DNA of 32,000 nucleotides from Candidatus Saccharimonadota bacterium (GTDB lineage Bacteria; Bacteroidota; Bacteroidia; Cytophagales; Amoebophilaceae): NCBI RefSeq assembly GCF_003351905.1, contig NZ_CP022339.1, positions 930,001 to 962,000 of the forward strand, read 5' to 3'. Shown piece by piece: positions 25,989 to 32,000 of this stretch (position 1 is its first letter; each line of letters starts with the position of its first letter). The notes under the pieces were generated by a model. It saw only the letters and a program-made list of their open reading frames with translations, ran no database searches and was not told where the DNA came from. The position numbers and the translations under genes were made by a program.

Positions 25989-26160
25989 GTATACTAGCTT
26001 TTTTATAAATTCCACTTTTTTCTTGATAAAAAAGTGGACAAAAAATCAAGCCCTCGGTAAGATGACACTTTCAGCAACTTTTTACAGGGGCGTTTTTTTT
26101 GACGCAAAAACCAGTGACTTGAACAGATACCTAATAACAAGCACTGCGCTGAACACATAC
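25989..26160 (+). mobile_element. MITE-like element, internally deleted copy C
   Basis: It carries the hairpin ccactttttttcttgataaaaaagtgg, then acaaaaaatcaagccctcggtaa, and then jumps to the distal arm (gatgacactttcagcaacttttt acagggg). It therefore lacks the central palindrome of about 90 bp. Two tandem 3'-end motifs are present (cttgaacagatac ending at 26130, gctgaacacatac ending at 26160). The 5' boundary is uncertain. Confidence 0.65.
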
Positions 26161-26256
26161 CTTGGTCCAAATATAAGGAAAATAGATAGCATAGGAGGGA
26201 AGCATAAGCCAGTATAGCTACAAGCCCTATAGAGATTAGCAACCATATTAGCAATG

Positions 26257-26329
26257 TGATCCCGCTGGGACTCGAACCCAGGACCCTCTCCTTAAAAGGG
26301 AGATGCTCTACCAGCTGAGCTACGAGATC
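26257..26329 (-). tRNA. tRNA-Lys (anticodon UUU)
   Basis: A 73-nt cloverleaf folded by hand. The acceptor stem is GATCTCG/CGGGATC. The D arm is GCTC-AGCTGGTA-GAGC. The anticodon arm is TCTCC-CTTTTAA-GGAGA. The T arm is CTGGG-TTCGAGT-CCCAG. The discriminator is A and CCA is not encoded. Confidence 0.93.
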
Positions 26330-26396
26330 AACATTAATTGGATATTGGTAAATTTATTCAATTTTTAGTGAAAATAAAAATTATTACTACCTAATG

Positions 26397-27476
26397 CTAC
26401 AGGCTCCCTTCTGTTCCTGCTTGTAATTTCTCTGCATGGTCTGCCACGCGTAGTGCTTTGATCATATCTAGTATAGCCCCATCTAATATAGCTGCTAAAT
26501 TATGTTCGGTGTAGCCAATGCGATGATCGGTTGCACGGGCCTGGGGAAAGTTATAGGTTCTGATTTTGTCTCCTCTGTCACCTCGCTTGACCATAGATCT
26601 GCGTTCTATACCAATTGCTTCTTGTTGTTTTTTCACTTCCATATCATAGAGGCGGGAACGCAATACCTTTAAGGCTTTTTCATAATTTTTAATTTGCGAC
26701 TTGCCATCTTGGCAGGATACCACCAGTCCAGTGGGGATATGGGTCAGCCGTACAGCTGAATAGGTCGTGTTGACCGATTGGCCACCTGGACCAGAAGAAC
26801 AAAAAGTATCCTTGCGGATATCATTTAAATCCAAGTTGATTTCTACTTCCCCTGCTTCTGGTAGCACCACTACACTGGCTGCGGAAGTATGTATACGGCC
26901 TTGTGTTTCCGTAGTAGGGACCCGTTGTACACGATGTACCCCAGACTCATATTTCATAAGGCCATATACATCTTCACCAGCTATGGTGCAGACCATTTCC
27001 TTCCATCCACCAGCCGTACCTTCTATGGTGTATACAATGGAAAAATCCCATTTCATTTTTTCTGCAAAACGTTTGTACATGCGAAAAAGATCCCCGGTAA
27101 AAAGGGCGGCTTCGTCCCCGCCAGTACCAGCCCGAATCTCTAATACAATGTTTCTACTGTCATTGGGGTCACTGGGGGTAAGTGCATCGCGTAATTGTGT
27201 TTCTAGATGGGCCTTTTTATCTAAAGCAGAGGATAACTCTTGTTTGGCAATCTCACGGAAGGCTTCTTCTTTTTCCGTATGTAATACTGCTTTAGCTTCT
27301 TTTATATTTTCTAATACCAGTTCGTAGTCTTGGTATAAATGGACAATTTTGGATAGCTTTCTGTACTCCTTATTGAGTGCCGCATAAGCCTTCATGTCAT
27401 TTAAGGCATCGGGTTGATAGATGGCTGCTTCTACCTCATGAAACCGCTCTTTGATGGACTTGAGTTTTTCAATCAT
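26397..27476 (-). CDS. prfA: Peptide chain release factor 1
   Basis: GGQ motif (SGPGGQSVNTT) and an RF1-type PxT tripeptide (RVPTTETQGRIHTS). There is no programmed frameshift, as expected for RF1. Confidence 0.94.
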   Translation of the reverse strand: MIEKLKSIKERFHEVEAAIYQPDALNDMKAYAALNKEYRKLSKIVHLYQDYELVLENIKEAKAVLHTEKEEAFREIAKQELSSALDKKAHLETQLRDALTPSDPNDSRNIVLEIRAGTGGDEAALFTGDLFRMYKRFAEKMKWDFSIVYTIEGTAGGWKEMVCTIAGEDVYGLMKYESGVHRVQRVPTTETQGRIHTSAASVVVLPEAGEVEINLDLNDIRKDTFCSSGPGGQSVNTTYSAVRLTHIPTGLVVSCQDGKSQIKNYEKALKVLRSRLYDMEVKKQQEAIGIERRSMVKRGDRGDKIRTYNFPQARATDHRIGYTEHNLAAILDGAILDMIKALRVADHAEKLQAGTEGSL

Positions 27477-27633
27477 ATGTTTTTGATCTATCTGCTTAAC
27501 CGTATGTCCATATATTGCTGCCGTTGTCGTACATTCAGCCTTCCGGTAATATTGCCTAAAAAGGCATACAACACTAGCCTAAAGGATACTAGGCAGTAGG
27601 TTGCTGCTGAAGTGCTAGCCAAATAACTTCCTT

Positions 27634-27978
27634 TTACGCTACTTTTTGTACAATAGCCTTAAATGCGCTTGGGTGGTTCATAGCTAGATCGGCTAGTGCT
27701 TTTCTATCTATCTCCATATTGCTTTGCTTAAGCTTGCCCATGAACTGTGCGTAAGCCATGCCATGGAGGCGAGCTGCTGCATTGATGCGTTGTATCCACA
27801 ATGACCTTATCGTTCTTTTTTTTGTTTTTCGGTCTCTATAAGCATATAAAAGTCCTTTTTCAACTGCATTTTTAGCTACGGTCCAAACATTTTTTCTTTT
27901 GCCCCAGTAACCTTTTGCTAATTTTAATACCCGCTTTTTACGTGCTTTTGAAGCGACCGCATGAACTGACCTTGGCAT
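27634..27978 (-). CDS. rplT: 50S ribosomal protein L20
   Basis: [26 protein letters not shown]...YRDRK..KR..R.LWI.RINAA is the canonical L20 sequence. Confidence 0.95.
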   Translation of the reverse strand: MPRSVHAVASKARKKRVLKLAKGYWGKRKNVWTVAKNAVEKGLLYAYRDRKTKKRTIRSLWIQRINAAARLHGMAYAQFMGKLKQSNMEIDRKALADLAMNHPSAFKAIVQKVA

Positions 27979-28103
27979 GTTTTCTTCAAATTTATAATTT
28001 TATGGTATAATACTTATGCTGTAATGTTGTGCGCCTTGCTTCCTACAAATGCCGCATATAAGCGCATTGTGCAAAACAATCTCATGGCGCAAGAAAGATA
28101 GAG

Positions 28104-28304
28104 CTAGATAGCGAGCAGTTTACGAATAGTGGGTACATTGGTTGTATGCACCAGTGTACTGTGTGTAAGGTGTCTTTTTTGCTTTGTGCTTTTAATGTGC
28201 TTTGCCAGGCAATGGTTTTTAAAAGCATGCTTTCGCTTAATCTTGCCTCTACCTGTCACCTGAAATCTTTTTTTTGAACCAGAATGTGTTTTAACTTTTG
28301 GCAT
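28104..28304 (-). CDS. rpmI: 50S ribosomal protein L35
   Basis: [31 protein letters not shown] is the canonical L35 N-terminus. 66 aa. Confidence 0.93.
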   Translation of the reverse strand: MPKVKTHSGSKKRFQVTGRGKIKRKHAFKNHCLAKHIKSTKQKRHLTHSTLVHTTNVPTIRKLLAI

Positions 28305-28437
28305 ACGTTATAACGGGTTTAATGGTTGAATGCACGCAAATGCTTCATAAGTAGCGCTAGTTCAAGTATAACGCTACAAGAACCTTAAATGTAGTAAAAA
28401 ATCTTCAAATAACAGCAATCTCCATTTAAAAACACCC

Positions 28438-28965
28438 CTATTTTTTACCTGCTAAGGGCGCTATGGTGAGGCTCATTTTTCTGCCTTCTAGTTTAGGCAA
28501 TTGCTCTACCCTTCCATAGGCCTCTAATCCTTGTGAAAATCTAAGTAAGATGAGTTCGCCTCTTTCTTTAAACATAATCTCCCTGCCTACAAATTTAACA
28601 CAGACCTTAACTTTAGCTCCTCCTTGTAAAAAGTTAATGGCATGTTTTAACTTAAAATCAAAGTCATGATCACTTGTATTGGGGCCAAAGCGGATTTCCT
28701 TTATGACGACTTTTTGCGCATTACTTTTGATCTCCTTATGTTTTCGTTTTTGCAAGTATTTGAATTTAGCATAATCCATTACCTTACAAACAGGGAAATC
28801 ACTGCCTTGCGCAATTTCTACTAAGTCCAGCTCTTGCGTTGCGGCAATGGCCAAGGCTTCACGAATGCTATACACACCGGCAACGACATTATCACCAACC
28901 AAACGTACCTCTGATGCAGCGATACGCTCGTTTACATTATGGGTTTCTTTTATTATGTTTTTCAA
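28438..28965 (-). CDS. infC: Translation initiation factor IF-3 (non-ATG start)
   Basis: NERIAASEVRLVGDNV....LA.A....LDLVE...........CK.MDY.K..Y, plus the C-terminal domain KEIRF....D.HD...K. There is no in-frame ATG before residue 63. The ORF opens with TTG at 28963-28965, and an ATA lies 4 codons upstream. Confidence 0.9.
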   Translation of the reverse strand: MKNIIKETHNVNERIAASEVRLVGDNVVAGVYSIREALAIAATQELDLVEIAQGSDFPVCKVMDYAKFKYLQKRKHKEIKSNAQKVVIKEIRFGPNTSDHDFDFKLKHAINFLQGGAKVKVCVKFVGREIMFKERGELILLRFSQGLEAYGRVEQLPKLEGRKMSLTIAPLAGKK

Positions 28966-29101
28966 ATGGCCAAATATTGATTATGGTCTGCTATAGGCAT
29001 CAACTTAACCAGTATGTTGCTGGCTAGAAGGTTAATATACAAATATGTAAATAAATTTTCAATCCATCCAGGCAAAAACCTAGAAGGCCTTTATGGACTA
29101 T

Positions 29102-30283
29102 CTATTTTAGATGATCTTTTGGCGCTATTTTAGCGGCTGGTCGGAATACTAAAAATAGGCCTACTATAATCCAAGGAACGCTGAGCCACTGCCCCATGTT
29201 TAACCACATGCTATCTTCAAATGCTACTTGATTTTCTTTGTAGAACTCATAAAAAAAACGGAGGCAGAAAATGGTTACTATCAAGGTGCCAAAGATGCGA
29301 CCGGGTGCTAATCTTTGGCCTTGCTGGCGCAACCATAGAAACAGTATGATAAAAATCAAAATACAAGAGAAGGACTCATACAATTGTGCGGGATGTCTTG
29401 GAATGCCCCAAGTATAGACATGTGCTTGATAGCCCCCATTTTGCTTTTGTAAGGTGTAGGATAGTGGGGTACCGTAGGTTTCGTAGATTTTTGGTGATGT
29501 GTTAAAGTAGGATTCTTGTATTAAATGATTTTTTAAAGATTGCTCTAGGAATCTTTTAACCATTTTTTCATCGGTCATCGTCTCTTTAAACGCAATAGCC
29601 AATTCAATGGGCTGATAAGGAGCTTTTATCGCTGGGATGTGCGATATAGATGCTTTACGTATGGTTAGACTTTGAATCGTTGAAGCATGCTGTTTGCATA
29701 GGTGCTCATGTAACTCCCTAGCGAATACTACGCCATAGTTAGAGCCAGTTGGTTTGCCAATGATTTCAGAATTCATAAAATTGCCAATGCGAATAAATGC
29801 ACCACCCAAAGCAATGAGCATAGCCAGACGATCCCAGATCCATAGAAATTCCCCAGGGGAGCGACGGTTTTCAAAATGGATACGGAGAGGGGAAATAGAA
29901 AACTTAATCCGTTTTACATATAGCAATACAGCAAGCACCATTCCAATGGCAGCCCCATGGCTGGCTAAGCCGCTGAAGCCCGTTATTTTAAAGGAAGGGG
30001 AGAAGGTAACAGGTAGAAATATTTCTAAGAGATGGTCTTTATAATAGCTCCATTCATAAAAAATAACATGTCCTAAACGAGCGCCAACCATTATGCTAAT
30101 TACAATATAATTTCTTAGTTGCTCAATGGCTTTGTGGTCTTTACCTGCTTTGGCAAACATATAATAGCCAATGGAACAACTTCCCAATACACCAGTAGCA
30201 AAGAGCAGGTTATACCAGCGCAGATTTAAGAACCCTTTGGTGAATATCTCTGGAGATACATCCCATATAATGGTGTTTAGCAT
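29102..30283 (-). CDS. lgt: Prolipoprotein diacylglyceryl transferase (long form)
   Basis: Lgt motifs are present: LRWYNLLF, GLASHGAAIG, RIGNFMNSEIIGKPT and PRHPAQLYES. It is 393 aa, with roughly 80 aa of extra sequence compared with E. coli Lgt between the GNF.N.E and HP.QLYE motifs. Confidence 0.88.
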   Translation of the reverse strand: MLNTIIWDVSPEIFTKGFLNLRWYNLLFATGVLGSCSIGYYMFAKAGKDHKAIEQLRNYIVISIMVGARLGHVIFYEWSYYKDHLLEIFLPVTFSPSFKITGFSGLASHGAAIGMVLAVLLYVKRIKFSISPLRIHFENRRSPGEFLWIWDRLAMLIALGGAFIRIGNFMNSEIIGKPTGSNYGVVFARELHEHLCKQHASTIQSLTIRKASISHIPAIKAPYQPIELAIAFKETMTDEKMVKRFLEQSLKNHLIQESYFNTSPKIYETYGTPLSYTLQKQNGGYQAHVYTWGIPRHPAQLYESFSCILIFIILFLWLRQQGQRLAPGRIFGTLIVTIFCLRFFYEFYKENQVAFEDSMWLNMGQWLSVPWIIVGLFLVFRPAAKIAPKDHLK

Positions 30284-30480
30284 AAATGTTAGGATAGATA
30301 AATTGAAGATAGGATATAAGATTTATTAAGGCTACCAAAGCTTTTCTAACGTCAAATAAGGCTATGCCTACGATACCATTAGGCATTGGATGGCGTTTAA
30401 TCAAAGACCATCCAATGTGATTGGGCAGCCATTTATGCATGCACGCAAGGTATACGGATAGGACCTTAACGGATAAACAC

Positions 30481-31968
30481 TCAACTATTGAGGAGCCAAT
30501 CTACTAGCAAGCGTACACCGAAACCTGTGGCACCCGCATTATGGTAGGTACAAGGTTGTTCTTTCCATACGGTACCAGCGATATCTAAATGTGCCCAAGC
30601 TGTTTTTTCAATAAATTGCTTTAAAAATAGTGCAGCGGTAATCGATCCTCCACCTTTTTTATTGCCTGTGTTGCGCATATCGGCAATAATCGAATCCATA
30701 CTTTTAAGGTAAGATTCTTCTAATGGCATTTGCCAAATTTTTTCACCTGTTCTTGGAGAAGCAGCCATCAGGCTGTTGATCAGCGCTGAATCGGTGCCAA
30801 ATATCCCGGCTATACGTGTGCCGAGTGCAACGACCATAGCACCTGTTAGGGTAGCTAAATCCACAATTGCATCTACACCGAGTTTTTCTGCATAGACCAG
30901 TGCGTCCGCTAGGGTTAGCCTACCTTCGGCATCTGTATTGTCTATCTCAATGGTCTTACCATTAGAAGCCGTTACTACATCGCCAGGCTTGGTGGCGCTG
31001 CCATTAATCATGTTTTCTGTCGCAGCGATAATAAAATGCACCTCTTTATTGGGTTGAATCGCACCAATCGCTTCTGCTGTGCCAAGCACTGCTGCTGCAC
31101 CAGCCATATCAAATTTCATTAACTCAATCTGTGCATTCCCTGTTTTTAGGTTCAGTCCACCACAATCAAAGGTGACCCCTTTGCCTATTAGGGCAATCTT
31201 AGAGGATGGCTGAGTCATTGATTTTGGTTTATAACAGAGGTGAATGAATTTGGGCGGCTCGCTAGAACCTTGTGTAACCGAAAGATAGGCACCCATACCT
31301 AAGCGTGCACAATCCTCTTTTTCTAAAATCTTTAACGCCAAGTGATACTTTTGGGCTAATTCAGTGGCGGTTTGAGCCAACATAGAGGGGGTTACATGGT
31401 TGGCTGGTGCATTTACTAAGTCTCTTGCGAGATGAACACCTGTTGTAATCTTTTGTGCCAATTGAATGGTAGGGTGGTCCTCTACCACATTGAGTAGATC
31501 TACCTTTTTTAGGTAAGTGGTTGTGGTATCTTTTTTGGACTTAAAACGTTCGTCTACATAAGCAGATAAGAAGATGCCTTCGGCAAAAGCTTTTAAGTAA
31601 GTTTTGTCATTTAATAGTGCCATAAAATGAATGACTACTGATGGACTATGCAATTGGGCACATGTCCTATAGACCAAGCTTGCAGCTTGTCGAATGGCTT
31701 CTTCATCAATGGCTTCTTTTTTGCCTAGACCCACTAATATCACTTTACCTATTGTAGGCAAGCAGTTGGCTATAGCAGTTGTCCCTTGCTTGCCAGTAAA
31801 CTGCGACTCTTGTATCAAAGGCAGCACGATATCGTTGTAAAAAGGCAGACCAGTCAGATGCGTAGTCTCAGGTGTAGTATCGTTCTGTTCAAAGATACCA
31901 AATGCATAACAACCCTGTGCTACTTGTGATGCTTGGTTGCTCAGAAATTGAAAATTAGGATACTGCAT
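30481..31968 (-). CDS. pepA: Leucyl aminopeptidase (M17)
   Basis: GKGVTFDCGGLNLK, MKFDMAGAAAV and the signature NTDAEGRLTLADAL. Confidence 0.93.
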   Translation of the reverse strand: MQYPNFQFLSNQASQVAQGCYAFGIFEQNDTTPETTHLTGLPFYNDIVLPLIQESQFTGKQGTTAIANCLPTIGKVILVGLGKKEAIDEEAIRQAASLVYRTCAQLHSPSVVIHFMALLNDKTYLKAFAEGIFLSAYVDERFKSKKDTTTTYLKKVDLLNVVEDHPTIQLAQKITTGVHLARDLVNAPANHVTPSMLAQTATELAQKYHLALKILEKEDCARLGMGAYLSVTQGSSEPPKFIHLCYKPKSMTQPSSKIALIGKGVTFDCGGLNLKTGNAQIELMKFDMAGAAAVLGTAEAIGAIQPNKEVHFIIAATENMINGSATKPGDVVTASNGKTIEIDNTDAEGRLTLADALVYAEKLGVDAIVDLATLTGAMVVALGTRIAGIFGTDSALINSLMAASPRTGEKIWQMPLEESYLKSMDSIIADMRNTGNKKGGGSITAALFLKQFIEKTAWAHLDIAGTVWKEQPCTYHNAGATGFGVRLLVDWLLNS

Positions 31969-32000
31969 AGTAAATAGTCATTTTAAAATTTTAAGTAAAT

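Noticed and set aside
26767-27327. 186-aa ORF on the plus strand (plus 26889-27143)
   Set aside because: It is entirely antisense to the strongly conserved prfA gene, has a low-complexity S/P/T/A-rich translation and has no motif. This is a typical shadow ORF.
27979-28437. Long spacers between infC-rpmI (133 nt) and rpmI-rplT (125 nt) as possible L20-responsive regulatory structures
   Set aside because: I could find only short (5-6 bp) complementary segments by eye. Without a fold or covariance model the claim is not supportable.
1-32000. Search for rRNA, tmRNA, RNase P or SRP RNA, intact IS transposases, integrases, phage or secretion-system genes
   Set aside because: I recognised none in any frame or in the larger intergenic regions (311-1150, 5894-6579, 9389-9932, 12795-13332). 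Absence by eye is not proof for small RNAs.

Overview
This window looks like a chromosomal segment of a Bacteroidota genome, probably an obligate intracellular, Amoebophilaceae-like (Cardinium/Amoebophilus-type) symbiont. The lineage call is inference from several observations. There are no Shine-Dalgarno sequences. There is a MurF-Alr fusion, a long Lgt, an AAA-ATPase/PD-(D/E)XK (DUF1703-type) gene and an ankyrin-repeat protein, together with pseudogenes and small mobile repeats.

The housekeeping backbone runs as follows: nadK (3' part), mutL, an M16 insulinase-like peptidase, a LolA-like protein, frr, sufC-sufD-sufS-sufE, dnaB, murF-alr fusion, tRNA-Lys(UUU), prfA, rplT-rpmI-infC, lgt and pepA.

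Several non-core features are interleaved with this backbone:
- A MITE-like element of about 260 bp is present in at least five full, deleted or partial copies. One copy has a clean 8-bp target-site duplication and a paralogous empty site inside the same window. Another is nested inside an older copy.
- Two tandem, highly diverged paralogous genes of unknown function have lipoprotein-like N-termini and one near-invariant core motif.
- There is a frameshifted Xaa-Pro aminopeptidase gene.
- A solute-symporter gene remnant is truncated at a MITE.
- There is a thymidylate-kinase-like gene with a degenerate P-loop.
- A decayed C-terminal fragment of a second AAA-ATPase/nuclease paralog is present.

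I saw no rRNA, CRISPR array, intact transposase or prophage genes. All product calls come from motif recognition by eye; no database search was run.
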